Source of the DNA: an uncultured Desulfarculus sp.
GTDB lineage: Bacteria; Desulfobacterota; Desulfarculia; Desulfarculales; Desulfarculaceae
Length of the DNA stretch: 64,000 nucleotides
Direction: 5' to 3'
Assembly: GCA_963665125.2 (NCBI GenBank)
Contig: CAXXUK010000001.1
Span: 3,136,001 to 3,200,000, forward strand
The notes under the pieces are model-generated. The model made no database searches. It was not told the origin of the DNA and was given only the letters and a program-made list of their open reading frames with translations. The first letter of the stretch is position 1. Every line of letters starts with the position of its first letter. The translations under genes and the position numbers were made by a program. This document shows positions 1 through 9,515 of the stretch, one piece after another.

Positions 1-199
1 ACTCTCGCCTGCCTTTGGGAGCATTACAACTTATAGCCTACAATGGCCGATCGTCAACAGCCAGCCCGAGATATTTTAGATATCAAACCATCCAGGCCTT
101 TGCCGCACGGCAACCGGCACCGGCAATTGTGGTCCCAAAGGGTAATACAGTGTCAAGGAGATTCCCCCCGGGATGGCTCGCCGCGCGCGTCCCGGAATC

Positions 200-228
200 T
201 TGACACCCCCTGGGGCCTGGGCTAAGTT
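200..228 (+). promoter_or_regulatory. sigma70-type promoter of rph operon
   Basis: TTGACA-17 nt-TAAGTT, 43 nt upstream of rph ATG. Confidence 0.6.
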
Positions 229-271
229 TATATGCTTTCAATGGCCCATATCTATAATCTGAAGGGACCCC

Positions 272-970
272 ATGGCCAGAAAAGACGAAAGAGGCAACGC
301 GCTGATGCGCCCGGTGAGCATCCAGGCCGGGGTGAACCCATATGCCGAGGGCAGCGCCATGTGCTCATTCGGCAACACCAAGGTCTTGTGCACGGCCAGC
401 GTGGAGGAAACGGTCCCCCGCTTTCTGGAAGGCAGCGGCAAGGGCTGGATCACCGCCGAATACGCCATGCTGCCCCGCTCCACCCACACCCGCACGGGCC
501 GCGACCACTTCAAGGCCGGCCGGGCCAGCGAAATAAGCCGCCTGGTTGGCCGTAGCCTGCGGGCCGCGGCGGATTTGACGAGCATCGACGGCTACACCAT
601 CCGCATCGACTGCGATGTGCTGGTGGCCGACGGCGGCACCCGCACGGCCTCCATCAGCGGCGGCTGGGTGGCCCTGGCCCTGGCCATGCGCGGCCTGGGC
701 GCCAAGCCTCTGCGCCAGGTAACGGCCCTGAGCGCCGGACGGGTGGGCGGCGACCTGATGGTTGATTTATGTTACGAAGAAGACTCCACGGCGGAGCTGG
801 ATATAAATCTGGTGCTGACTGCGGCCGGTGAATTGATCGAGGTCCAGGGCACCGGCGAAGACGGCGTGTTTTCGCCCCAGGAGTTAGTGGAGTTGGTGGA
901 GCTTTGCCGCACCGAGTCGGCCCGCATTGTCCAGGCCCAGAACGCGGCCCTGGACGGAGGCGGCCGATGA
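272..970 (+). CDS. rph: Ribonuclease PH
   Basis: GWITAEYAMLPRST, CDVLVADGGTRTASI, DLCYEEDS and EVQGTGE motifs. Confidence 0.96.
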   Translation: MARKDERGNALMRPVSIQAGVNPYAEGSAMCSFGNTKVLCTASVEETVPRFLEGSGKGWITAEYAMLPRSTHTRTGRDHFKAGRASEISRLVGRSLRAAADLTSIDGYTIRIDCDVLVADGGTRTASISGGWVALALAMRGLGAKPLRQVTALSAGRVGGDLMVDLCYEEDSTAELDINLVLTAAGELIEVQGTGEDGVFSPQELVELVELCRTESARIVQAQNAALDGGGR

Positions 971-1560
971 GGTTGGTCCTGGCCAGCGCCAACAAGGGCA
1001 AGCAGCGGGAGATAGCCGCCATCTGCGCGCCCATGGGCATCGAGGTCGTCACAGCGGCCGAGATGGGCTTCACCGATGACGTGCCCGAGACCGGCGATAC
1101 TTTCGAGGCCAACGCCAGGCTCAAGGCCGAGGCCGTGAGCAAGGCCCTGAACCTGCCCGCCCTGGCCGATGACTCCGGCCTGGTGGTGGAGGCCCTGGAC
1201 GGCGCGCCGGGCATCCACAGCGCCCGTTACGCCGGAGCGCATGGCGACGACAAGGCCAACTTTGAAAAGCTGCTGGCCGAGATGGCCGAAGTGCCCGAGC
1301 AAAAGCGCGGCGCGGCGTTTGTCTGTGTGATGGTCTGCCGCAAGCCCGGCGGCGCGGAGTTGGTTTCCCAGGGCCGTCTTGAGGGACGCATCGCTTTTAA
1401 GCCCGCGGGAGAGAGCGGATTCGGCTATGATCCGGTATTCTTTCTGCCGGAACGCGGCAGTACCGTGGCCCAGATCGGCGCGGATGAAAAAAACGCCATC
1501 AGCCACCGGGGCCAGGCTGTGCGTGAGTTGGCCCAAAAGCTTGAGCAGTTCTTGAAATAA
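967..1560 (+). CDS. rdgB: Non-canonical purine NTP pyrophosphatase (RdgB/HAM1)
   Basis: ATGA overlap with rph stop; LASANKGK, ADDSGL, GFGYDPVF, KNAISHR motifs. Confidence 0.95.
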   Translation: MRLVLASANKGKQREIAAICAPMGIEVVTAAEMGFTDDVPETGDTFEANARLKAEAVSKALNLPALADDSGLVVEALDGAPGIHSARYAGAHGDDKANFEKLLAEMAEVPEQKRGAAFVCVMVCRKPGGAELVSQGRLEGRIAFKPAGESGFGYDPVFFLPERGSTVAQIGADEKNAISHRGQAVRELAQKLEQFLK

Positions 1561-1565
1561 GGTCG

Positions 1566-1642
1566 CGGGGCGTAGCGCAGCTTGGTAGCGCACCTGCTTT
1601 GGGAGCAGGGGGTCCCCGGTTCAAATCCGGGCGCCCCGACCA
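1566..1642 (+). tRNA. tRNA-Pro (anticodon TGG)
   Basis: CGGGGCG acceptor stem, anticodon arm cctgc-tt TGG ga-gcagg, GGTTCAAATCC T-arm, encoded CCA. Confidence 0.97.
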
Positions 1643-1652
1643 CATACCATCA

Positions 1653-1690
1653 ACGGGATATGGCATAATCGCTGTGTCCCGTTTTTATTT
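1653..1690 (+). terminator. Intrinsic terminator after tRNA-Pro
   Basis: acgggatatggc...gctgtgtcccgt hairpin followed by T-run. Confidence 0.6.
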
Positions 1691-1740
1691 GGGGAGCAAT
1701 AGCTGCGTGCGCATGCTTTCACCCGTGCCGGAGGTTATGG

Positions 1741-2826
1741 TTGTTGCCCAAAACACTAAAAATCGCATCATGGGTTTGCCTGATGCTTTTTATGGGAGGC
1801 TGCGCTGTGCTTGGTGACGACCCGGCAGGCGAAAGGCTGGCCAAATGCCGCATATCAACCAACTACGCCGCAAACGGCTTTGCGAACAAACCGCCGCTGG
1901 AACTGCCCGGAGGCTGGCAAATGGTTAAAATCGGATCCCAGCTTTTATTCAGTTCAAGCCGCAGACCTTCGGCGCCCCTGCCCGTGGATAGTTTGGGCAA
2001 GGCCGATTTTCCGGCCCGGCCCGCCGATCTGGCCCTGGTCTGGCTGGGGCATTCCTTTGTCATCCTGGATATCGAAGGCAAGCGCCTGGCCATAGATCCG
2101 GTATTCGGCAACGCCTCGCCGGTTCCGGGCATGATCAGCCGTTTTCAGGCCCCGCCCCTGAACCGGGAGGATCTGCCCCACCTGGACGGGGTGATCATCT
2201 CCCACGACCACTACGACCACCTGGAAATGGACACAATCAAGTACCTGGCGGCCAGGGGCGTCAAGTTCATCATGCCTTTGGGCGTGGGCGCCCGCCTGGA
2301 GGGCTGGGGATGCCCGGCGGACCAGATCATCGAACTGGACTGGGGGCAGGCCCACGACCTTGGCGGGCTGGAGATAATCGCCGAGGCATCGCGGCATTTC
2401 TCGGGCCGGGGCCTCATGGACCGCAATGCGACGTTATGGGCCAGTTGGGTCATCAGGGGGAACAAGCGCCGGGTCTACTACAGCGCCGACGGCGGGTTTG
2501 ACGATCGCTTTGCCCGCATCGGCCGGCAATACGGGCCGTTCGATCTGACCATGATCGAAATCGGAGCCTACAACCAGGCCTGGCCCAAGGTGCACATGTT
2601 CCCCGAACAGGCCGTGGAGGCCAACATGGCCCTAAAGGGCGAGGTCATGGTGCCGGTGCACTGGGCGGGCTATGATCTGTCTCTGCACCGCTGGGACGAG
2701 CCCATCAGGCGGGCCTGCGAGCACGCCGAGGCAAAAGGCGTGAGTCTGGCCACCCCGCGAATGGGCCAACGCTACATACCCGGCAATACTAAAACGGAAA
2801 AATGGTGGGAGGGGATCGAAAAATAG
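1741..2826 (+). CDS. MBL-fold metallo-hydrolase (NAPE-PLD/RomA-like), probable lipoprotein
   Basis: WLGHS, ISHDHYDH, RHFSGRG, IGAY, HMFPE, PVHW motifs; signal peptide ending FMGG-C. Confidence 0.85.
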   Translation: MLPKTLKIASWVCLMLFMGGCAVLGDDPAGERLAKCRISTNYAANGFANKPPLELPGGWQMVKIGSQLLFSSSRRPSAPLPVDSLGKADFPARPADLALVWLGHSFVILDIEGKRLAIDPVFGNASPVPGMISRFQAPPLNREDLPHLDGVIISHDHYDHLEMDTIKYLAARGVKFIMPLGVGARLEGWGCPADQIIELDWGQAHDLGGLEIIAEASRHFSGRGLMDRNATLWASWVIRGNKRRVYYSADGGFDDRFARIGRQYGPFDLTMIEIGAYNQAWPKVHMFPEQAVEANMALKGEVMVPVHWAGYDLSLHRWDEPIRRACEHAEAKGVSLATPRMGQRYIPGNTKTEKWWEGIEK

Positions 2827-2876
2827 AGGTTCGGGCGCCGGCATGCGTGCCCCCCGGCCAAAGGCTTTGACCCTGG

Positions 2877-3575
2877 TTATTCCACGCCGAGATAATGTTG
2901 GGCTATGCGGCCGACATCCACGTTTGAGTCGTCATCGAACTTGATGCCCAGCACCAATTTACCCCCGGTGTTCATCGCGTTGCGAACCTCGGCGGCAATC
3001 GGGTCCGGCTCCTTGCCTTGGCCCAGGTTCATCGTCAGCCGCACCTTGGAGCCGGCTTCAGTGGGCATCGACGCCCCAATGTCCAAAACAGCTTCGACCT
3101 GGCAGCCGCCCTGGGACAAATCCGTCACCGTGGCCAACAGGGTTATCGGAGGCTGGTCTTCTTCCTCGCACTCGATAGTGGCCGGTATTTGCACGCTGAC
3201 GCGCTTTTCCTGGGTCAGGGGCAAAGCCGACAGATCGCGGGGCCAGCCGACCAAAACCAGGGGCGGCTCGAAAATGACATGCATAGCCTGGCAGGCAAAG
3301 GCATACACCACGCCGCGGAGAATGTACCGGATCACCAGGATGTCGCCGCTGGAGACATGGCCGCTGACCAATAAATTGCGGGGGCAGCCCATGATCAAAT
3401 ATTTTCCCGTACTCCAACCGGCGAGTTCAAGGCGGAAACGTGATTCCGCGCCTTGTTTCTGGGCAATAACCTGGTGCCCCACGCGCAGGGCCGTCGACAA
3501 TTTTTCGGAGGAGTCAACCACCGCACTGTTTTGACCCGCCGTCGCGTTTGCCCCTGTGTTCTGCGCTGCGCTCAA
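2877..3575 (-). CDS. Flagellar brake/YcgR-like PilZ-domain protein
   Basis: N-terminal PilZN-like region; degenerate RxxxR (TQEKR) and DLSQGG c-di-GMP motifs. Confidence 0.75.
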   Translation of the reverse strand: MSAAQNTGANATAGQNSAVVDSSEKLSTALRVGHQVIAQKQGAESRFRLELAGWSTGKYLIMGCPRNLLVSGHVSSGDILVIRYILRGVVYAFACQAMHVIFEPPLVLVGWPRDLSALPLTQEKRVSVQIPATIECEEEDQPPITLLATVTDLSQGGCQVEAVLDIGASMPTEAGSKVRLTMNLGQGKEPDPIAAEVRNAMNTGGKLVLGIKFDDDSNVDVGRIAQHYLGVE

Positions 3576-3979
3576 AGATCCCCCTTAGTTCGATGATGCC
3601 AAACTTGATGCCAATGAGTCCTTGTGGACACTTACGCTGTCACATAGCCGTATAATATATTTTTTCGTTTTGTAACATAAAATGCAAGGCCGACCTATAT
3701 CACAATTGCCTTTCATTATAGTCTCTTTGCTACATTTCGGGATTAAACTACATTTTCTTTAATTTTTCCGACAAATATCAAAAGGGCTGTGTTTGGATGA
3801 AATTTAAACCTGGTCAGGCAGGCCTGTCCTCGTTGGTTAGTCCGGGCGCCCCTTCTTGTTTTGTACGGCTGGTCCTTGCCTTTCGGCTTTGTCGGCTTTT
3901 ATGCCCAACGCTGCACAGAACGCCGCCCCGCCCCAGGTCATGACAAACCCGAGAACCAGCAATACCCAGGCAGAAACGC

Positions 3980-5467
3980 TCACGGCACGTTCTCCCCTAA
4001 ACGTCTCGGATCCAACCTATTGGCCGCCAGCATGGCCAGCAGGCTAAAAGCCATCAAACCAAGACCGATGCCGATGGACATGGGGCTGAATTCCCCGCCG
4101 GCGTGCATGGCCAGGTCATCCCAAGCCAACAGGATTATGGTGACGGCCAACATGGGCGGATTGAGCCAACGCAAGCAAAATAGCCACCATCGGCCCACGG
4201 CAAAGTCCGAGGTCGCGTTGGCAAACCGCCTCATCTGCTCGATCCGGCGGCTGAACCAGGCGAACAGCATAAGCTCCAGTAGACCGCCGATGATCAGGCC
4301 AAAATTGCTTAGAAAATGGTCAGCAATATCCAGCAGATGCAGCCCGCCGTTGGTGGCAAAAACCAGGCTGGCCATAAAACCGCCCAGGCAGACCAGCGAT
4401 GTAACCGCATGCCTGTTCCCGCCCGAGGCCCGGATCACCGGCAGGGCCACAGCCTCGGACAAGCTGACCAGGGAACTGAGCCCAGCCAGCAATAGAGCAA
4501 CAAAAAACAGCGCCCCGGTCAGGCCGGGCATGGGCATAATGTCTATGGCCGCCGGAATGGTGATAAAAGCCAGGCTTACGCCGGAATCCACCACCTGATC
4601 CAACGGCACTCCCCGGCCGTGAGCCAGGGAGCCGAGCATGGCGAAAATCATTGTGCCGGCCAGGAGACTGAAGCCGCTGTTGAGGCAGACCGTGGTCACG
4701 GCGCTGCCGTTAATATCGGCGTCATCGGGCAGATAACTGGCATAGGAGATCATGATGGCGAAAAACACGCTGGCCGAATAAAAAACTTGGCTATAGGCAT
4801 CGGCCCAGACCCGGAAATCCAACAGCTGATTAAAATCAGGTTCAAAAAGCCAGTTGATGCCGTCGACGGCTCCGGGCAGGCGCAGGCTCAGCGTCAGCAT
4901 GGCCACAAGTAAAACCACAAGCAACGGCATGAACACCTTGCAGGCCAGTTCGATCCCGCGGTGGACGCCCCGCCAAATCACCAGCCACGTGGCCGCCCAC
5001 ACCCCGGCCAATCCCAGAACAATGGCCCAGCGTAATCCGCCCATGTCCAGGGGGCCGGAGCTCAGGGCCAAAAACGAATTAAAAAAAAACGCCTTGGGAT
5101 CGGAGCCCCAGGCGCCGGTTACGGCAAATACGGCGTAGCAGGCCGTCCAGGCCAGAATCACGGCATAGTAGGCCATGATCAAAAAGCACAGCACGACCTG
5201 CCACCAGCCCAGCTTGCGCCAGCTTCGGCCTAAAAACGCCAGGGAGCCGGGCGCACCCCTGCCGGTGCGCTTGCCCAGGCAGAATTCCATGATCAATAGC
5301 GGGGCGCCGGCCGTGAACACGGCAAATAGATATGGCACCAGAAACGCGCCGCCGCCGTTGTCATAGGCCATGTACGGAAAACGCCAGATATTGCCCAGGC
5401 CCACGGCAGAGCCTACGGCGGCCATGATGAATCCGGTTCGGGAGCCCCACTGTTCCTTGGCGGCCAA
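3980..5467 (-). CDS. Sodium-dependent transporter, NSS family
   Basis: GSAVGLGNIWRFPY and GGGAFLVPY signature; multiple TM helices. Confidence 0.93.
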   Translation of the reverse strand: MAAKEQWGSRTGFIMAAVGSAVGLGNIWRFPYMAYDNGGGAFLVPYLFAVFTAGAPLLIMEFCLGKRTGRGAPGSLAFLGRSWRKLGWWQVVLCFLIMAYYAVILAWTACYAVFAVTGAWGSDPKAFFFNSFLALSSGPLDMGGLRWAIVLGLAGVWAATWLVIWRGVHRGIELACKVFMPLLVVLLVAMLTLSLRLPGAVDGINWLFEPDFNQLLDFRVWADAYSQVFYSASVFFAIMISYASYLPDDADINGSAVTTVCLNSGFSLLAGTMIFAMLGSLAHGRGVPLDQVVDSGVSLAFITIPAAIDIMPMPGLTGALFFVALLLAGLSSLVSLSEAVALPVIRASGGNRHAVTSLVCLGGFMASLVFATNGGLHLLDIADHFLSNFGLIIGGLLELMLFAWFSRRIEQMRRFANATSDFAVGRWWLFCLRWLNPPMLAVTIILLAWDDLAMHAGGEFSPMSIGIGLGLMAFSLLAMLAANRLDPRRLGENVP

Positions 5468-7120
5468 TCAGACCCCCGCGTCTTCCAAGGCCTTGGTTAC
5501 GATGGCCCTGGCCTCCCGCTCCAACTGGGCCAGGTGTTCCTCGCCCTTGAAGCTCTCGGCGTAGATCTTGTAGATATCCTCGGTGCCCGAGGGCCTGGCC
5601 GCGAACCAGCCGTTTTCAGTGGTTACTTTCAGGCCGCCGATTGCCGCGTTGTTGCCGGGGGCCTTGGTCATTTTGGCTGTGATGGGCTCGCCGGCCAGTT
5701 CGGCGGCGGTGACCATGTCCGGCGAAAGCTTTTTGAGCACCTCTTTTTGCTCGCGGCCTGCGGGGGCGTCGCTGCGTCGGTACACCGGGCTGCCGTGACG
5801 GCTCTCCAGGACGGCGTACAGCTCGGCCGGGTCCTTGCCCGTCTTGGCCGTGATCTCGGCCGAAAGCAGATCCATGATGATGCCGTCCTTGTCCGTGGTC
5901 CAGACCGTGCCGTCCTGGCGCAGGAACGAGGCCCCGGCGCTTTCCTCGCCGCCAAAGCCGTACGATCCGTCGATGAGCCCGTCGACAAACCACTTGAAGC
6001 CCACCGGCACCTCCTTGAGTTGGCGGCCCAGTTCGGCGGCCACCCGGTCGATCATCGAACTGCTGACCAGGGTCTTGCCCACGGCGGCGGTTCCGGGCCA
6101 CTGGGGCCGGTTGCCGAACAGATAGCTGATGGCCACAGACAGGTATTGGTTGGGGTTCAAAAGCCCGGCCGTGCGGGTGACGATGCCGTGACGGTCGTAG
6201 TCCGGGTCGTTGCCGAAGGCGATGTCAAAGCGGTCGCGGTGTTCGATGAGCCCGGCCATGGCGTAGGGCGAGGAGCAGTCCATGCGGATCTTGCCGTCCT
6301 TGTCCACGGTCATAAAACTGAAGGTGGGGTCCACCACCGGGTTGACCACCTCCAGGTTCAGACCGTAGGTCTCGGCCATGGGCTCCCAAAAGGCCACGCC
6401 CGAGCCGCCCAGGGGATCGACGCCTATCTTCAGGCCCGCCGCGGCAATGGAGCGCATGTCCACGATGTTCTTCAGGTCGTCGACATAGGGCTTGATGTAG
6501 TCGTATTCATGGGTCGTGTCGGCCCTCAGGGCCCGGCTGAAATCCATGCGTTTCACGTCGTGCAGGGCCTGGGTCATGATCTGGTTGGCCCGGTCTTCGA
6601 TAACCTTGGTTACCGCCGTGTCGGCCGGTCCGCCGTGGGGTGGGTTGTACTTGAAGCCGCCGTCCCGGGGCGGGTTGTGCGACGGCGTGATCACAATGCC
6701 GTCGGCCAGGTGGTCCTTGCGGCCCCGGTTGTAACAGAGGATGGCGTGGCTGATCACCGGCGTGGGCGTGTAGCCCAGCCCGGCCTGGATCATCACCTGC
6801 ACGTTGTTCGCCGCCAACACCTCCAGGGCGCTGACCAACGCGGGCCAACTCAGGGCGTGGGTGTCCATGCCCATGTACAGGGGGCCGTCGATGCCCCGGC
6901 TGGCGCGGTATTCCACTATGGCCTGGCTGATGGCCAGCACATGGGCCTGGTTGAAGCTGTTGTCCAGGGATGAACCCCTGTGACCGCTGGTGCCGAAGGA
7001 TACCCGCTGGTCGGCCTCCGAGGGATCGGGTATGCCCGTGTAATAGGCGCTCACGAGCCGTGGTATATTTTCCAGAAGTTCTCGGGGAGCCGGTTTGCCT
7101 GCCAGTTCATGCACTGCCAT
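5468..7120 (-). CDS. pgm: Phosphoglucomutase (alpha-D-glucose phosphate-specific)
   Basis: [33 protein letters not shown] motifs. Confidence 0.96.
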   Translation of the reverse strand: MAVHELAGKPAPRELLENIPRLVSAYYTGIPDPSEADQRVSFGTSGHRGSSLDNSFNQAHVLAISQAIVEYRASRGIDGPLYMGMDTHALSWPALVSALEVLAANNVQVMIQAGLGYTPTPVISHAILCYNRGRKDHLADGIVITPSHNPPRDGGFKYNPPHGGPADTAVTKVIEDRANQIMTQALHDVKRMDFSRALRADTTHEYDYIKPYVDDLKNIVDMRSIAAAGLKIGVDPLGGSGVAFWEPMAETYGLNLEVVNPVVDPTFSFMTVDKDGKIRMDCSSPYAMAGLIEHRDRFDIAFGNDPDYDRHGIVTRTAGLLNPNQYLSVAISYLFGNRPQWPGTAAVGKTLVSSSMIDRVAAELGRQLKEVPVGFKWFVDGLIDGSYGFGGEESAGASFLRQDGTVWTTDKDGIIMDLLSAEITAKTGKDPAELYAVLESRHGSPVYRRSDAPAGREQKEVLKKLSPDMVTAAELAGEPITAKMTKAPGNNAAIGGLKVTTENGWFAARPSGTEDIYKIYAESFKGEEHLAQLEREARAIVTKALEDAGV

Positions 7121-7358
7121 TTGTAGTCACCTCTTTTTTCGGGTTATTTCGACAGTAACAACATTTTCAGGCCGGTACAAGCCCGCCATGCGCATCGGCC
7201 CGTTGTAGGCGGATCGACATTGCCGGGCGCCCCACCCAAGCGCCTGCCGACCGATCCGGGGGGCCTATCCGGCGGCGGCTTTTTGAAACGCCTCACCAGA
7301 CCCGCCCGGCAACCCCCGCTAGGTTTGCTCCCAGCATATGAGCTGGAGGAGCGGACAC

Positions 7359-8087
7359 ATGGATAAAAAGACATTGGTGGGACACAAATGGGTAACCAGC
7401 GGCGGCAACAAGGCCTGCGCTGAGTGCGCGTCCATGAACGGCCTGGAATTTTATATCAACCCCGAACCGGGCCAGCTTCGCTATCCGGACGACATCCCCC
7501 GGAAGCCGCCCCTGCACCCCAACTGCCGCTGCAAGTTGGAGCCCATTACAGACTTTCGTCCGCTGGTTGAAAACGTAAGCTTTAGCGATTCATCCCCAAC
7601 GGAGCATAATCCTTATCTGCATGAGGATAGTGCTAAGGTCCTGGGAGGCTACTGGACCAACGATGGCCGTAGCATAAAAGATGGTCCGGCCAACTGGAAT
7701 TACTGCGGCAAGAACTGGACCGCCGGACGTAATCCCAATAATATGAAGCCTGGCGAGGATCACACCCTGCGCATGGAACCGGCCAATGACCTGGATGCTC
7801 ATTGTAAGGACCATGATGAGTGCTATGACCTGGCGGCGAGATCAGGCAATCCGAAGGAGGCGAGAGATAGATGTGACAGAACTCTTGTCGAGGAATCCCG
7901 GAAATTACCCAAAAATGCAGGACATTGGAAAACGCCGCCGGATAATGTTGAGGATGGTAACGACATAAGAGATGAGTTGATTTATTGGTTCGAAAAAAAG
8001 GTATGGTACTATGAAATGGAAAAACGTCACGGGGCCCAATATATGTTTGAAAACTACTTTCTATTATATATGCTGTTTCACGAATAG
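7359..8087 (+). CDS. MuF-like Cys motif fused to phospholipase A2-like domain; candidate polymorphic toxin
   Basis: N-term KW..CAEC..MNG...PPLHPNCRC (MuF C-terminal motif); C-term WNYCG, DLDAHCKDHDECYD, RCD (sPLA2 Ca-loop and His-Asp motifs); SD GGAGGA 8 nt upstream. Confidence 0.75.
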   Translation: MDKKTLVGHKWVTSGGNKACAECASMNGLEFYINPEPGQLRYPDDIPRKPPLHPNCRCKLEPITDFRPLVENVSFSDSSPTEHNPYLHEDSAKVLGGYWTNDGRSIKDGPANWNYCGKNWTAGRNPNNMKPGEDHTLRMEPANDLDAHCKDHDECYDLAARSGNPKEARDRCDRTLVEESRKLPKNAGHWKTPPDNVEDGNDIRDELIYWFEKKVWYYEMEKRHGAQYMFENYFLLYMLFHE

Positions 8088-8108
8088 CGACACTTAGAGG
8101 GGGGGGTG

Positions 8109-8390
8109 ATGCTTCGCAACTTGGATGTTTTTTGCGGGATAACATGTTGGCTAATTGCCTTGGCCATCCTTTGTGAAGTATATGGATTTTCCATTCCTTT
8201 TCTATCGTTCACCATGCTTGTTTTTGTTATGCCGGTTCTATATGTTGTCTTATTTTTGTTGACCATGTTTCCGAAAAGACGTCCGCGAAAAAAGCTTTGG
8301 TGGGTGTGGTTGTCCGTGCTTCCGGCCCTGCACGGTATGGCGATGATGGCGTTGATTATTTTGCTCTGGTCAGCTCCTGGTCGGCATTAA
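8109..8390 (+). CDS. Small membrane protein, candidate immunity protein 1
   Basis: About 3 hydrophobic segments; AT-rich; directly after toxin; paralog of next ORF. Confidence 0.7.
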   Translation: MLRNLDVFCGITCWLIALAILCEVYGFSIPFLSFTMLVFVMPVLYVVLFLLTMFPKRRPRKKLWWVWLSVLPALHGMAMMALIILLWSAPGRH

Positions 8391-8423
8391 AAACAGCAAA
8401 ATTAATTATACTTGGGGGGCATT

Positions 8424-8699
8424 GTGTTTCGTAACTTTGATATTGTCTGTGGAGCGGGATGCTGGCTGATAGTTCTAATATATTATTTCCATGTATATTT
8501 TCCTGAATATAAGTTCCTTTCTTTAAAAACCAATATCATTGTTTTGCCTTTGGCCTGGGGCGTTTTGTTCTTTTTATCACTGTATCCCAAGCGTAGGCCT
8601 GCAAGAAAATTATGGTGGATCTGGCCTACAGCGCTTCCGGCTTTAAAATTTTTATTAAGTCCTATTATTATGCTCATTAGCATAGCACTAGGAATTTAA
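8424..8699 (+). CDS. Small membrane protein, candidate immunity protein 2
   Basis: GTG start after G-rich SD; 36/74 identical, ungapped, to the previous ORF (CG..CWLI, PKRRP..KLWW.W..LPAL). Confidence 0.7.
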   Translation: MFRNFDIVCGAGCWLIVLIYYFHVYFPEYKFLSLKTNIIVLPLAWGVLFFLSLYPKRRPARKLWWIWPTALPALKFLLSPIIMLISIALGI

Positions 8700-8744
8700 T
8701 GATTTTTCCTATGCATTTCCGCGGCAATAAATGGGGGGATGACA

Positions 8745-9368
8745 ATGCCTGGTATTGAACAACAAATAGCCGATCATCTTAGCGAGCTTTCCGCCGCCGG
8801 CATCGCCTTGCAGGGCATGCGCTTCCGGGAGGATTGGGAGCCGCGGGTGGTACGCACCCTGGGCGGCATGGCGGAGCTGTGCCTGCTGCGCCTAAACGGG
8901 ATGTTGCCCGAGTTGTTGGCTCTGCCCGACCACAAACGGACCGTGGCGGGTCTGCATATGAGGTTGGGCCGGGCCTTGGCCCCCGTGGTATCCCGGCAGA
9001 GCCAAGCGGCCAAGGAAATCCTGCGCCAAATGGTGCGCCAGGAGGCCGCGGCCACGGGCGAGGCCCTGACCCTGGGCGGCCTGGCCGGAGACGCTCCCGG
9101 CCTGACAGGCACGGGCCGGGCCTATGAGCAGTTGGTGGACCATTTGGCCTGTTGCCGGGCCCTGGACCTGGTGGTGGGCAAGAGCTTTGTGGATGCAACC
9201 GGCCGGTTTGCCGCCGAGTTGGCGGGCGGTGCCGAAGACGCCGGAATGATGTTAAGCCTGGCTGAGGCGGCAAAGGCCTGGCGAAGCTCCCTGGAGCGCA
9301 TCGCCCGCACCACCACCCACCAGAGCGCCAATCTGGTGCGTGAGGCCGTTGGCGCGGCCATGTCATAA
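8745..9368 (+). CDS. Hypothetical helical protein, possible MuF N-terminal half
   Basis: Host-like GC ORF with SD; ends LERIARTTTHQSAN, resembling the MuF RIART(E) motif. Confidence 0.55.
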   Translation: MPGIEQQIADHLSELSAAGIALQGMRFREDWEPRVVRTLGGMAELCLLRLNGMLPELLALPDHKRTVAGLHMRLGRALAPVVSRQSQAAKEILRQMVRQEAAATGEALTLGGLAGDAPGLTGTGRAYEQLVDHLACCRALDLVVGKSFVDATGRFAAELAGGAEDAGMMLSLAEAAKAWRSSLERIARTTTHQSANLVREAVGAAMS

Positions 9369-9515
9369 AAGCCGCCCGGCAGTATGGCCTGGCCTCTTGT
9401 CACCTTAACCATGCCCTGGCGTTCCAAACCCCGCGTTGACGGAGGCAATGGCCCAAAGTTAGAATGGGTTACTCATGCCGTTGAAAAAGCCGTCTTTTCA
9501 GCCGGAGGGCCCTTG

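Noticed and set aside
8..23. Similarity to the tRNA-Pro anticodon arm (cctgc.tttgggagca)
   Set aside because: No surrounding cloverleaf; treated as coincidence.
3841..3852. 12-nt match to tRNA-Pro 3' end (similar 11-mer near 7223) as a possible att site
   Set aside because: Short, GC-rich and likely by chance; no integrase in the window.
8099..8106. Poly-G tracts before the cassette genes as phase-variation switches
   Set aside because: G-run Shine-Dalgarno sequences also precede ordinary genes here (e.g. 16256, 3580), and the tracts are short.
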